From Schizosaccharomyces osmophilus (Eukaryota): a stretch of DNA of 64,000 bases. The position numbers were made by a program, and so were the translations under genes. How positions within the stretch are numbered: the first letter of the stretch is position 1; each line of letters starts with the position of its first letter. Location: NCBI RefSeq assembly GCF_027921745.1, contig NC_079238.1, positions 1,178,001 through 1,242,000 on the forward strand, written 5' to 3'. Shown here piece by piece: positions 11,312-23,194 of this stretch. The notes below the pieces were generated by a model. That model searched no databases. It was not told the DNA's origin and saw nothing but the letters and a program-made list of their open reading frames with translations.

Positions 11312-13820
11312 ATGAGCGAGACCGCTCAATTAAAAGTGCATTCCGATTTATTAGATATAGAAGATGAGCCATTTGAACTGGAGTTGCTTCGTAGTCCGTA
11401 TTCTTTAAGAAGTTGGCTACGATACTTGTCAGCACGCGAAAATTCTACACTTGAAAAGCGTGTTTTGTTGTATGAGCGAGCATGTTCGGAATTACCTGGA
11501 AGTTACAAGATATGGAAAGCATATTTGGAAATGCGATTAGCACATTTAGAGGGCGGATCGTTTGTTTCAAATCCACAGGCTTTTCTAGACGTGAATAGTT
11601 GTTTTGAACGAGCATTAGTTCTTCTTCACCGTATGCCGGTCATGTGGCATATGTACTTGAAGTTTGTCATGCAGCAGCCTGATGTAACAAAAGTTCGCAA
11701 GGTATTTGACGCTGCTCTTCGTGCTTTACCAGTGACACAGCACGATGATATATGGATGCTATATTTGGAATTTGCTGAAGAGATCGGTGGCCCATTTTGT
11801 ATCCATGTGTATAGAAGGTATATTCAACTTGAACCTCGCGCCGTCGAGTCCTATATAGAAGTATTGGTTAATTTAGAGCTATGGAATGAAGCCGCACATC
11901 AGTACCTGGATATCCTGAATCGACCGGTTTTTCTTTCTAGCAAAGGGAAAAGTAATTATCAGATATGGAACGAGTTTTCACAGTTAATCGTACAGCATCC
12001 TGAGGATATAGAACAAATCGATGTTGAACGCGTTTTCCGGGCGGGTATTCATCGTTTCACCGATCAAGCTGGTAAGCTGTGGACTTCTTTAGCTCAGTAT
12101 TATATTCGTTTGGGATATTATGAAAAGGTAAGTAACACGAAACAGTTCACCTTTTCGTAAGTTTGTTTTGGTGGTTCTAGTTTCGAAAGTCATATCCTTT
12201 CGTTTTTAGAGAGCTAATTTTTTTTTATAGGCAAGGAGTATCTTTTATGAAGGAATTACTACCGTTATGACTGTTCGCAATTTTACCCAGGTATTTGATG
12301 CAGCTGTTGAATTTGAGGAACAATGGCTCTCCATGCGAGTGGAAAACAAGCCTTCTCAATTAAAAGATGAAATTGGGGTGGACTACCATCTATCTTGGTT
12401 AGAAAAACTACTCGATCAACGCTCTTTGTATATTAATGATGTTATTTTACGACAAAATATTAATAATGTTGACGAATGGCAGCGTCGAACCACCTTGGTC
12501 GGCGATGATCGTGAAAAAATTGTACAAATCTACGCTGAAGGCTTACAAAAAATCAACCCTAAATTATCTATCGGTTCATTTGGTTCTTTCTTTTCAAATT
12601 TTGCTAAATTTTATGAGGATATTGGCGATGTTGAACAGGCTAAAGTTATTTATGAAAAAGCCACCAATGTGCCGTATAATTCTGTAAATGAGCTGGCTCA
12701 GGTGTGGATTAATTGGGCCGAAATGGAGTTGAAATACCAGAATTTTGAAACTGCTAGAAAATTAATTGGGGATGCTGTCCAAGCTCCTAAAAGAAGCAAC
12801 ATTAGCTTCTTTGATGAAGCTTTATCTCCCCAGGTCAGACTTCATAAATCTGCCAAAATTTGGATGTATTATTTGGACTTGGAAGAAAGCGTTGGATCAG
12901 TAGACTCGACGCGAAAGCTTTACGACCGCATGTTTGAACTTAAAATTGCGACACCACAGGTAGTGGTTAATTATGCGAACTTTTTGGAAGAGAACGGGTT
13001 TTACGAAGACTCATTTAAAATCTATGAAAGGGGTGTTGCTCTTTTCAGCTATCCTGTTGCGTTTGAGTTATGGACACTTTACCTAGTAAAATTCATTGAA
13101 CGATATAAGGGAAAACAGTTTGAAAGAGGTAGAGATCTTTTTGAACAAGCATTAGAAGGCTGTCCATCTGAATTTTCTAAAAGTATTTATTTGCTTTACG
13201 CGGATTATGAGGAAAACTACGGCAAGGTTAAAAGATCTATATCAGTATTAGAGAAAGCTTTGAAAGATGTTACTCCCAAAGATCGCCTTAGCGTCTTTAA
13301 TGTTTTATTGCTCAAGGTAGCATTTAATTATGGTGCACTAGCTACTCGTCCGATTTATGAAAGAGCCATTGAAATACTTAATGACGAAGAAGTAAAGGAT
13401 GTGTGCCTACGCTATGCAGAAATGGAAACACGATTGGGTGAAATTGATCGTGCTCGTGCTATCTTTACCCATGGAAGTCAGTATTGTGACCCACGGGTAG
13501 AAACTGAGTACTGGCAACGTTGGCAAGATTTTGAAGTTAAATACGGAAATCCAGAAGAAACCGTCAAGGAGATGCTTCGTATTAAACGCTCTATTCAAGT
13601 GAAATTTAGTACAAATACATTAAATATTGCAAAACAGGTTGCCTCTATGGAAACACCTTTAACATCCGGGGATGCTATGGAACAGTTGGAATTATCACAG
13701 GAAAACTCTAAACCCTTAGCAGGATTTGTTGCTTCAAGTACAGGACCAATGGGAGGTATACAGCAAACGAATGTTGTGGAACAAGAACCAAAAAACCCTG
13801 ACGAAATAGACTTAGGCTAA
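11312..13820 (+). CDS. cwf3: Prp19/NTC complex HAT-repeat splicing factor Syf1/Cwf3, 2 exons
   Basis: Exons 11312-12127 and 12231-13820, joined in frame by a GTAAGT..CTAAT..TAG intron. HAT repeats, LPGSYKIW and KEMLRIKRSIQ are typical of Syf1/XAB2. Confidence 0.96.
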
Positions 13821-13968
13821 TGATTCACTAAAGAAGAACGTTACAATAAAATTGAGGGTTTCAAAACTGTTTCATTAAGTAATTATATGAGATGTATAAT
13901 CCACAAGTAACTAGTAGAATGCACGCAAAGAACTAACTTTTTTATATTAAGAAGGGGGTGGGTCGCGA

Positions 13969-14702
13969 TTACTTTTTCTTTGAGTCTCCCTTCATCAAAT
14001 TTTGATAGACAGGGTCACTCTGTAATAACTCATCTGCATGTAGTTTAATCCGGTCAAGATCCTTAGTGTCTTTCCAGGCGCCTTGCTCTTCTGCTGGAAG
14101 CAGAGACCGTATACGAGCAGCAACTTCCAAATCCTCGTATTCAACCAACTTGGCCTCAAGAGTCAAAGACGGCATGTTGTTTTTTCTCACATACGCTAAA
14201 AAGGTTTCAAGTTGAAAAGGGTTTATGTTATACAGCTTGAAAAGGCGGGTATGGGTAATTCGTTCAAAATTTTCTTGTGATCCTTTGTGCACAAATGGGG
14301 ATCTTAAAAGGGTCCAGCTCTCAACCCTCTTGGGCAAAGGTCGAGGGCCACGCATTGGAATTTTCATGTAATAAGCGGCACGGCAAATGAAATCAGAGTA
14401 AAAGTCCAACTCATTCGTTTCGTAACTTTTTATTCTTAGTGTAGCAACCAAATCGTCATTTTCAGAGGCTTTCCATTTCAAAGGACTCAAGTAAACTGCT
14501 GCTACGTTAGGAGGTAGTTCACGAAAGTATGGATTCTCTGCAAGAGCAGCCCTTTCTGACAAGGGTTTCCTAAAGAGCGAATTAGTCTTTCATTATTCTT
14601 TCGAAACGACTATACTTACAAGGGTTTTGAGAAGAGTGGTGATCCAGAGGGAGTACTCTGTTCAGCAAGGCGAAGTCCTGTATGAAAGAAGCGTTTGAAC
14701 AT
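13969..14702 (-). CDS. rsm10: Mitochondrial ribosomal protein uS10m, 2 exons
   Basis: Exons 14702-14620 (MFKRFFHTGLRLAE..., presequence-like) and 14569-13969; intron GTAAGT..CTAAT..TAG. S10 motif GPRPLPKR..WTLLRSPFVHK..QENFER. Confidence 0.93.
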
Positions 14703-15272
14703 TCTCAACAAGACATATGTAGCATAATACTTCTAAATGAAACAAATTAGTCTATTCCAGGTGCTACCACCGGCCGGCAACAAAATTTCAAACGGTTTGG
14801 AAATAGAGAGGAGTGGAGAGAGAGGATGTGAACAGCCAAAGAGGGAAACGCCAAAGGACGACAAAGATAAATTGGTGCAATTGTTTAATATTTAATAAAA
14901 CATGAGAAGGAGTTTTCTGAAAACAACCAAATTAGCAAGGAGAAAATGGTCCAATACTACTGTCAGTAAAATCAAAACCCAAGAGCGAACTGCCATCGAT
15001 AATAGGGATTAAGCAAGAAGAGATATTATTAATATAAAAGGAAAGACTTAATTGGAAAGAATTAAAGCTGTATGAGAGCAGGAACCACCTGGATATTTCC
15101 ATCCTTTTCAAAGCGGCCTAAGGTACACCTTTTCAAGAGCCCACCAAGAAAAGAAAAGGACTATCAAAAAGAACCCTTTGGCGCGTACTATTGTTTTATA
15201 AAAAAGCAAGTAGTTTTCAATTTCGAAAAATAACCTTCTTTCTCTGTAGGAAAGCGAAATTTACTCTGAACT

Positions 15273-16367
15273 ATGTCTTTGCAAGCAATCATTTACAACC
15301 TGGATGGATTATTTGTCTTGGATCAACTTTTGCTTCCCCATCAGCACAAATATGTTCCAGTAAAAACGATTGAGGACTCATTTTCTGTCATTAAAAAGAT
15401 GCAAGTTCGTGGTGCACCTGCAATCGGCATTGTCGCAGCATTAAGTGTCGCTGTCGGTTTGAGGAATTTGGGAGAAGGTGAAGATGCAAAGCATTTTGTT
15501 ATTGACAGCTTAGAACATCTTAAGGAATCCCGACCTACTGCAGTCAATCTTTTCGAGGCTGCTCATCAATTGCAAAATGTCGCTCGCTCTGTCCACCCCT
15601 CTCAAGTAAAAGAAAAGGTTATTCAAGAAGCTGAAGCTATTCTCGATAAGGACTTGAGAGATAACCATGCAATTGGTGCTGCCGGCCGCCAGTTTCTTCT
15701 AGATCATTACAAAGGGACCAAGTCCAAGCTTACCGTCCTCACTCACTGCAACACTGGATCATTAGCTACTTCTGGGTATGGTACCGCCTTGGGTGTCATC
15801 CGGGCATTGCACGAAAATGGCAATTTGGAACATGCATTTTGTACTGAAACACGTCCCTACAACCAAGGTTCTCGTCTTACAGCTTTTGAACTTGTACATG
15901 ATCGTATTCCAGCTACCTTAGTTACAGACTCCACTGCTGCTTCTATTATGAACAAAATTGATGCGATTGTTGTGGGTGCTGATCGTGTCACTAGAAATGG
16001 TGACACTGCAAACAAAATTGGTACTTTGAACTTGGCAGTCTTGGCCAATTACTTCAATATTCCTTTTATTGTTGCCGCCCCCTTTTCCTCTATAGACTTA
16101 AACCTTGCATCTGGTTCTCAGATTACCATCGAACAGCGTCCGTCTATTGAAATGATAACAGTTCGTGGTCCTGTGGTGAAAAACAGTAATGCCACAGAAT
16201 TTGGAAAAGATGAACGAATTCATATTGCAGCTCCCGGGATCAATACTTACTGCCCTGCATTTGACGTGACTCCGGCTAAACTAATCGCTGCCGTTGCTAC
16301 GGAGAAAGGCTACTATACTGCTACAAAAGAAAAGTTTTCATTTACAGATTCTCCTGAATTAGCATGA
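15273..16367 (+). CDS. mri1: Methylthioribose-1-phosphate isomerase
   Basis: 364 aa with MQVRGAPAIG, SRPTAVNL, LTHCNTGSLAT, ETRPYNQGSRLT and GDTANKIGT. Confidence 0.97.
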   Translation: MSLQAIIYNLDGLFVLDQLLLPHQHKYVPVKTIEDSFSVIKKMQVRGAPAIGIVAALSVAVGLRNLGEGEDAKHFVIDSLEHLKESRPTAVNLFEAAHQLQNVARSVHPSQVKEKVIQEAEAILDKDLRDNHAIGAAGRQFLLDHYKGTKSKLTVLTHCNTGSLATSGYGTALGVIRALHENGNLEHAFCTETRPYNQGSRLTAFELVHDRIPATLVTDSTAASIMNKIDAIVVGADRVTRNGDTANKIGTLNLAVLANYFNIPFIVAAPFSSIDLNLASGSQITIEQRPSIEMITVRGPVVKNSNATEFGKDERIHIAAPGINTYCPAFDVTPAKLIAAVATEKGYYTATKEKFSFTDSPELA

Positions 16368-16966
16368 ATGGAAAGGAGGGTCATTTGAATCTCCTTTGCG
16401 TTATCAAAAGAATTCGTTTTTGGAAATTAAAGAAGGTGATTTTTGGTTTTTTTTTTTTTTTTAACGCTCGGGTACCTCCTTGTCACTTTATATTCTCAAT
16501 CATCTTTTTCTGTTGCTTTCTTTCGCCCTCATTTATGTGTACGATTATAGTGGGATTGTTTTAAACTGTTTCGTTGAGCAAGCCAATTTGTAGGAAAACA
16601 TTAATATAGATATAAAGGTTATGCTCTACATGTTTTTTGTTATATTGAAATCCCGTTCGCTTTGATTTTTTTAAGCTAGTAAAAAATATATATACATATC
16701 TTCATAAACTCTGAAACTGGAAAAGTATGTTGTCGTAGTGAGTAGTATTATTATTACTATTATTATTATTTAGAAAAGAGAAAGCTAAAATCTATATACA
16801 TTGGTAGGCAAAAAAAAACGGGAAAAGAAAATCATTAACGGTAATACATAAAGGCAAAATGCACTTCATTCTAACGAGTCTAGCTTGTAATATATTAAAA
16901 AGACACCAATGGCAAATTTCGTCCAGCTGCCCCATTTTTGACCATCTTTGCGATCGAAACGGTACT

Positions 16967-19900
16967 TTAATGTGCATCTTTGTCGACTTCTTCTTCACCA
17001 TCATAATCCTCATCAACATCCAATGTACGAGCTGTCTGTTTCGGGCTACGGGATTTATCTTTTGCCTCAGGAACAGGGCTTTCTATACTTTGACTGCGTT
17101 CTTCTGAACCATTTTGCCTTTCCGATTGTTGATCAGCCTTGGCTTCTTCGATAGGCTCAACAGGGCTAGACCTGGGAGATACTTCCTCCTTATTTGCTTT
17201 ATTGTCGTTATCCCGTGCTTCATCTGCAATTACTTTTTGTCTTTTCACGCCTTCATCAGAGGATGGAAGTTCAGGAGGAACTTCCTCAGTTCTCTTTTCG
17301 TTAGACGGGAGTTGTCGTTTGTTGCTCTTTTCAACTGGCACTTCTTGTGAGATCTCTTGGCTTCCCGCACTTTGATCTAAATCGGCAGTAACACTTCTAG
17401 AAGACTCAATTGGAGGTGCCACATAAACATCAGGTTTCTTTGGCGTATCTTTTGGTGATCCGGTGTGTCTTTCCCTCTGTTCAAAAGTAGAAATTGCACC
17501 TTTAATATCTTTAGGTCGACTAGATATGGAATTGCTTCTTTCTTGTTGTCCAACAATTGTCGTGAAAGAATCATGTCGAGAGTGCGGCTGATCTGAGCTC
17601 TTGATTTGCGGTGACTTTGAAGCAGGTGCGCCGCTAATGGATGGCCTGCTGCGATTGGGCATAAAAGTAGGAACTACTGGTGGAGCTGCATTCGTTTGCT
17701 GAGTACTCTGGTGAGTAGGTGATGGCTGATTAGTGACAGATCCTACTGTGGAAACAGTGCCAGGGGATTGTTGTGGTACTGCACCCGAGTATGCATGCTG
17801 AACACCGTTTGGAAGCGCCACATTACTAGCGTAGGCTTGAGGAAAGAAAGGCTGTGATTGAGGTTGAGTCAATGTCTGTGGTTGAGTCATTGCCTGGGAT
17901 TGTGCGGAAAGTTGAGGAACTTGCCAATTAGAAGGAGTGGGAGGAGCAGGCAATCCACCGGGATATACAGAACCAGGTTGTCCTACAAATTTAGGATTTT
18001 GATTTGTAACGGCAGGTGGAGCCGCTGAAGTAGCGAGCTTGTGTTGATCGGTGCTAGAACCACGCAACAATTGCAATCTAGCACGGATGTGAGGATTGGC
18101 GGGATCTAATTCAGCGGCACGCTGGTATGCATCCAAAGCATCGCTAATTTGGTTATGGCAACTCTCGTACAAGGTACCCAAATCGTACCATACTTCCGAA
18201 ATGTAAGGATTTAAGCGGATTGCACGGGAGTAAGCATCCAAAGCATCCTGGTATTGGTTAATTTGGTAATACAAAACACCAATGGAGCACCAGAAAGTGG
18301 GGTTTCTTCCATCACGGTAAACAGCTTGCTGATATGCCTCATAAGCTTTATTGTATTTTTGCTGGGCGACATAGCAACGACCAATCAAATACCAAGATTG
18401 CGCATCTGTGTCGTCGGCCTCCAAAGATTTGGTAAGATACTGAATCGCCAAATCTTGATTTGTGAAAGAAGAAGACTGTTGATGGCAAAGCCAGCCCAAT
18501 TGCTGCAGTACTTTTGCGTGGTTGGGAGTCTCGGCCAAAACACGTTCGTAAGCCTCCTTTGCAAGTTTGTACTCCTTTTGCTGCTCATAAACATGTCCGA
18601 TTTGGAAATAAATGTCCAAAACAGTAAGAGGTTTAGGAGGGTGATTCAAAATATAGCGAAACAATTCAAGAGATTGAGCAAACTTGTGTTGCTGCTTGTA
18701 AATGATACCGAGGCGGAAGTAAATTTCATTCACCTTTTCGAAATTGGGGTCCATGCGGAGACACTGCGTAAAGGCTTCCTCGGCGTGCTCGTGGGAACCA
18801 TAGCGGTCGTACAAAATACCTATACCGTACCAAAGCTTTGGATTTTTAGGATCCTTCAAATGATATAAGGCCTGGCGGTAAGCAGAGTAGGCACGAGATA
18901 AATCATCGCGCATCAAGTAGCAATGGCCCAAAGCGCTCCAAATTTCACCCTGTTTGGGATCAAGGTCAAGGATGGTTTGGTAATATTCAATGGCGAGGAG
19001 GAACTGTTCACGGTTCCTTAAAAGGGTAGCGACTTGAAGCATGGCAGGAATAGAATAAGGATTTTGACGAAGAGCAGCCTCGTAGGCTGTAAGAGCTTTA
19101 TCGGAGTCATCGTACAGTTCAGCAAGGTGACCGATTTGTAGCCAGGCCTCTTCATTAAGCGAAATAAGTTTCCGGACCGATTCGGGAGCATTGGAAGGCA
19201 TAACGTTTGCCTGTGTAGTTGAAGAAGGAGGAGGAGGGTGAGAGGGCAGGGGAACGGAAGGAGGCGGTTGAGGATTGGGGTTGACAGAAGGGGAAGCACT
19301 GACATGAAGGGGAAGCGAGGATGGAGCGTTGGGTGCATTGGAAGGCATTTGGTTGATGGGATGAGTGGGAGGGACGACAGAAGGAGTGGGTGCTGGTGGA
19401 TTCACTACTGCAGAAGAGTCTGGTTGGGGAGGGACGCCCATGGCTGCAGGATTTTGGGCATGATGGGGGACGGAAGGGATGGAGTAGTAGGTACCGTTTT
19501 GAGAAACAATTGTGGACATGGGAGGTTTGGAGGAGACAGCATTGGGAGGAGTAGCAGTGGCGTTGGCAGGGGGATGCATGGATCGCTGTTGCTGTTGTTG
19601 TTGTTGCTGTTGCTGTTGAAGGAAATGAGGAAGATATTGGGGAGAAGGAACGGGGACTTGTTGAACAGGCATTAGACGCTGCATTTGAGAAGCTTGTTGA
19701 TCCGGGGGAGCAGCGAAGACGGAGGGAGGAAGTTGACGATATTGCTGAGAAGAAACAACGTGTTGTAAATGCATCATGGCGTCGGGATAGGAAGGATGCA
19801 TGGGCATATTTTGGGGATTATGCTGGGAGGGAGGGAGGATGGAGGGGGAAGATTGATGGAGAGAGGTAGAAGCAGCTTGTTGTTGGGCAGGCTGGGAAGA

Positions 19901-20185
19901 GGGCTGGGGCGGCGGAGGAGGAAGTTGGTGTTGCTGCGAGAGCATAGGATGCAAGGAAGCACGGGGAATATGAGCGGGATGGGACATGGTATTGGGGGGC
20001 ATTGCAGAAGGGTAATACGTTGGGTAGGTTGGAAACGATGCTGGATGACTTTCAGAGGTCATGGCTTTTTGGACGGGATTGGAAAGACCAGCAGGGACAC
20101 CAGGAGCCGAAATAGGAACCATGCCGGGAATAGACTGGGGGTTTTGGGAGGGAGAGGCTCCCGAGGGAAGGTGAGAAGTCGGCAT
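16967..20185 (-). CDS. ssn6: Transcriptional corepressor Ssn6/Cyc8 (TPR protein)
   Basis: First ATG at 20185 (MPTSHLPSG...; the ORF track starts at an upstream TTG). P/Q-rich N-terminus, central TPR array (NPTFWCSIGVLYYQINQYQDALDAYSRAIRLNP), C-terminal R.LDVDEDYD. Confidence 0.95.
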   Translation of the reverse strand: MPTSHLPSGASPSQNPQSIPGMVPISAPGVPAGLSNPVQKAMTSESHPASFPTYPTYYPSAMPPNTMSHPAHIPRASLHPMLSQQHQLPPPPPQPSSQPAQQQAASTSLHQSSPSILPPSQHNPQNMPMHPSYPDAMMHLQHVVSSQQYRQLPPSVFAAPPDQQASQMQRLMPVQQVPVPSPQYLPHFLQQQQQQQQQQQRSMHPPANATATPPNAVSSKPPMSTIVSQNGTYYSIPSVPHHAQNPAAMGVPPQPDSSAVVNPPAPTPSVVPPTHPINQMPSNAPNAPSSLPLHVSASPSVNPNPQPPPSVPLPSHPPPPSSTTQANVMPSNAPESVRKLISLNEEAWLQIGHLAELYDDSDKALTAYEAALRQNPYSIPAMLQVATLLRNREQFLLAIEYYQTILDLDPKQGEIWSALGHCYLMRDDLSRAYSAYRQALYHLKDPKNPKLWYGIGILYDRYGSHEHAEEAFTQCLRMDPNFEKVNEIYFRLGIIYKQQHKFAQSLELFRYILNHPPKPLTVLDIYFQIGHVYEQQKEYKLAKEAYERVLAETPNHAKVLQQLGWLCHQQSSSFTNQDLAIQYLTKSLEADDTDAQSWYLIGRCYVAQQKYNKAYEAYQQAVYRDGRNPTFWCSIGVLYYQINQYQDALDAYSRAIRLNPYISEVWYDLGTLYESCHNQISDALDAYQRAAELDPANPHIRARLQLLRGSSTDQHKLATSAAPPAVTNQNPKFVGQPGSVYPGGLPAPPTPSNWQVPQLSAQSQAMTQPQTLTQPQSQPFFPQAYASNVALPNGVQHAYSGAVPQQSPGTVSTVGSVTNQPSPTHQSTQQTNAAPPVVPTFMPNRSRPSISGAPASKSPQIKSSDQPHSRHDSFTTIVGQQERSNSISSRPKDIKGAISTFEQRERHTGSPKDTPKKPDVYVAPPIESSRSVTADLDQSAGSQEISQEVPVEKSNKRQLPSNEKRTEEVPPELPSSDEGVKRQKVIADEARDNDNKANKEEVSPRSSPVEPIEEAKADQQSERQNGSEERSQSIESPVPEAKDKSRSPKQTARTLDVDEDYDGEEEVDKDAH
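19586..19618 (-). repeat. CAA/CAG repeat encoding Q11 in Ssn6
   Basis: Mixed ctg/ttg triplets on the plus strand, in frame with ssn6. Confidence 0.9.
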
Positions 20186-21427
20186 GAGAGGCGTCAAGGG
20201 AGAGTAGGAAAAAAAGTGCAAAGAAAATTCCTCAATCAAGAATTGTAGAAAAACTGAATTGAACTGAACTGAACTGAATCCTTCAGACTACTCAATGGTT
20301 CACACACACAAGACAACCGCTGCGAAACCGATTGAAAAATGGTATCAAAATCAAGGCCAACGAGTTGGACACACACAAAAAAAAAGGCGAAAAAGATTCG
20401 TGAAAATAACAAAAAAAAATAGAATATCACACTCACACTCACACAAAAGAAAATGAAAAATGCGAAATAAAAACAAGAAAAACAAGAAAAGCGAGCTCCG
20501 TATCACAAGGGAACGAAAGAGAACGAGAGTGTGTTATAGACGATAACGGAGGTTCAATTTGATGCGAAATAAGGGAAGAACCGAAACAATGAGTGAAGCT
20601 TAGGTATATATAAGCATCATGCAGTAAACGTCGGTTTTGTCCAGATCGGCATCAGAGGATCATGAGTAAGGAAAGGGAGAGCGGCAAGAGGGGGCTTTGT
20701 GGATGCGCAAGTTTGGACAAATCTATGGATCGAGAGTTTACCGATCGGATGGAAGCAAAGAGGCGATCCATCATGGTGGTCCAATCAACGTCAGCCAATG
20801 GGCAGCTACGGAAAGAAAAAGGTTGGCAGAACTACAGCACAAGCCATGGCCATGGATGGACTTTTTTAAAAAAGGAGACACACATCCCGTACGACTTAAC
20901 CATGCAGTACATTCAAATTCGCATCTGAATCAACAGCTTAAGCCTCTACTTTTCTTCATTCGCCATCATTGTTGATTCCTTCCTTCCTCTCTCTCTCTCT
21001 CTCTTTTACATTTTGTCTCCAATTGCCTGCTTCATAAGCATTCGCAAATCAGGAGCTTGCCTTTCCCTTTATCGGGGTATGATGTCACCTGCATGCAATA
21101 AAAGGAACAACTTTTCTCCATCTCCGCTTTCAATGATGTCATCCTCAAAATGATGCAATTCCAAGTTGTAAGGTTTTGTCAGAAGTACATGTTACTTAAA
21201 GGTTGTTATTTGTTGGAAGGAGGAAAAATTCAGGCATCCAATAAGCACTATCCGAATCTTTGGTTGGAACGTGTCGAACCCTACCCGAGTGACAAAGTTT
21301 TCGACAAGAGAACCTTCGAACGGACAAAAACAAATGACATCACGCTTTGGATTTCCACTGTGGGGCAATCCCTTTCATCGAGGCGCGACTCTTGCTGCGC
21401 TGCGACTGGAATGCGACTGGAAGGAGC

Positions 21428-21487
21428 AGGCAGAGAGAGGGCAGAGAGAGGGCAGAGGGCAGAGGGCAGAGGGCAGAGGGCAGAGGG
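21428..21487 (+). repeat. (GGGCAGA)n heptamer tandem repeat
   Basis: Five perfect GGGCAGA units at 21450-21484 plus GGG, preceded by two GGCAGAGAGAG variants. Confidence 0.9.
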
Positions 21488-21568
21488 AAGGAAAGGAAAG
21501 AATAATGAAAAGGGTAGAAATAAATTAATAAAGACTATCGTCGTAACTAGATTGTATCTCCATCTCAT

Positions 21569-23194
21569 CTACAAAAAGCAATGCTCAATTCGAGCAGGCA
21601 AACAGCATTGAATCGTCTCGGCTGGAAATACAGCAGGCGCATGCTCAATTCTCATCTCACGAGCATTCGTAATTGAAGCCGTACTATGATGTCCACTCTC
21701 TGTAGACGTTTTTGTAGATGCCTCTGCAGACGATCTAGTTTGCCCTTTCCTTTCTTGCTCTCCTCTTTCCTTCTCTGGATCTTCCTCGTGCAATCCATTC
21801 CTCTTTTGGGTCGAAATACTTTCCGAATCCTTCTCCATCGTCTCCTTGGAATCTCGGGGACTCGTCCTCACGAATCTTTCTCGCTCACTCGTATCGCGCA
21901 AAAATTCGATCCGCAGAAAATGTTCCACCCCAAATTGCTGTGTCTCAAATGTCGTCGGACATTCTTCCGGAATGCTCATCGTGCAACTAAAGTTGTCTAA
22001 TCCGTACACGCACCGCGTCAATTTCGTCCATATCCTTCGCGTCACTCTTTCTGTGTTTGTGCTGTTCCGCATGCGAATCTTCGGTACAATTCGCTCTACA
22101 CTTTCCAACTGTACATGCAATTGTCGAATCGCTCCTCCCATCTCATTCACTTCCAATAGCATCATTTCTCCCGCTACATACTTTGACTTGTTGAACAAAA
22201 TTCGACACACTAGCTTTTGTTGATTCGCTATTTCATATCTTGTCGTCATCCGTCCAGGCGTTTCTTTTCTTCTCAACAAGCCCGACCTTTCCTTCTCTTT
22301 TTCTTCTTCTCTCTCCTCTTCCTTGCTTTCTGCTTCCTCTTTCCCCTTCTTCTCCCGCTCGTCTTCTCCTTCTCCTGCGTATGCGCTTCCCTCCACGTTC
22401 ATTAACGTAGCTAAGAATTGCTCTAATTTCTTTTTTCCATTTCCGGAATCGTCCCGCTCCTCCTGCATCCAAGTCTCGTCTATTTGCTCCTTCACTTTGG
22501 CGGGCTCAAAGTCAAAGATCGGTTTATGCACGTCGGCAAACACGTCCGGACCCGCAACAGGTACCTGGCTAAACTTTCCTAGCGGTAAATCCGGCCTTTG
22601 CTTGCTGTTTGGTAAAAAGTTGAGTCCAAATTCGTATTCCACACACGCATTATTGTCCGGGAACTGTGCTCCCACCACTAATTTGTGCTGAAACTCAAAG
22701 GCCACTCCTTTGTACGATGGAACCGTCTTTAGTGGAATCTTCCTTTGCATACGGAACCATTTGCTTTCCCCAGGTGCTAATACCATGTCCACTCCTAAAA
22801 TGTCCGGACGAGTCATGTACACAGGTGTCGCATTCTCTTCTTGTTGTTCCGAAGCTTCACTCAACGTGCTAGCTTGGTTCAATCCTAGCAAGGTTCCAAA
22901 CATTCCGCTAAGCGCATTCGAAACTGAATGACCCGTAGACGCTTTTGGGATATGCACTAAACCACTCATGGTCCGCTTGTTCAGTAATCCTTGGCGTTGT
23001 ACATTTTCAAATTCCGATACACGCACCAACGTAGGATCCAAATACATCTCTCCATGTATGGACGCATAACACAGCAGCAGTTGCAATGCACTCTGCGCTG
23101 TTTTCGAATTGGTGATTTTTACGATACAGTCAAACGTTTCTCCCACCTGTACCACATCCGACAAGCATTTAATTTCGACTTGGCATTTCGACAT
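21569..23194 (-). CDS. sat1: Rgp1-family subunit of the Ric1-Rgp1 Rab6/Ypt6 GEF
   Basis: First ATG of the long ORF at 23194 (MSKCQVEIKC..VGETFDCIVKITN). Arrestin-like Rgp1 motifs PSYKG and FSCTMSIPEECPTTFET..VEHFLRIEF. Syntenic with SPBC23E6.08. Possible extra 5' exon (see findings). Confidence 0.85.
   Translation of the reverse strand: MSKCQVEIKCLSDVVQVGETFDCIVKITNSKTAQSALQLLLCYASIHGEMYLDPTLVRVSEFENVQRQGLLNKRTMSGLVHIPKASTGHSVSNALSGMFGTLLGLNQASTLSEASEQQEENATPVYMTRPDILGVDMVLAPGESKWFRMQRKIPLKTVPSYKGVAFEFQHKLVVGAQFPDNNACVEYEFGLNFLPNSKQRPDLPLGKFSQVPVAGPDVFADVHKPIFDFEPAKVKEQIDETWMQEERDDSGNGKKKLEQFLATLMNVEGSAYAGEGEDEREKKGKEEAESKEEEREEEKEKERSGLLRRKETPGRMTTRYEIANQQKLVCRILFNKSKYVAGEMMLLEVNEMGGAIRQLHVQLESVERIVPKIRMRNSTNTERVTRRIWTKLTRCVYGLDNFSCTMSIPEECPTTFETQQFGVEHFLRIEFLRDTSERERFVRTSPRDSKETMEKDSESISTQKRNGLHEEDPEKERGEQERKGQTRSSAEASTKTSTESGHHSTASITNAREMRIEHAPAVFPAETIQCCLPARIEHCFL

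Noticed and set aside
18254..20248. Antisense ORFs of 145-204 aa over ssn6
   Set aside because: Expected by-product of the P/Q/S-rich codon composition of ssn6; no recognisable domains.
21150..21611. 153 aa plus-strand ORF and overlapping ORFs across the heptamer repeat
   Set aside because: Kept open by the stop-free GGGCAGA repeat; overlaps the sat1 3' end antisense; no protein features.
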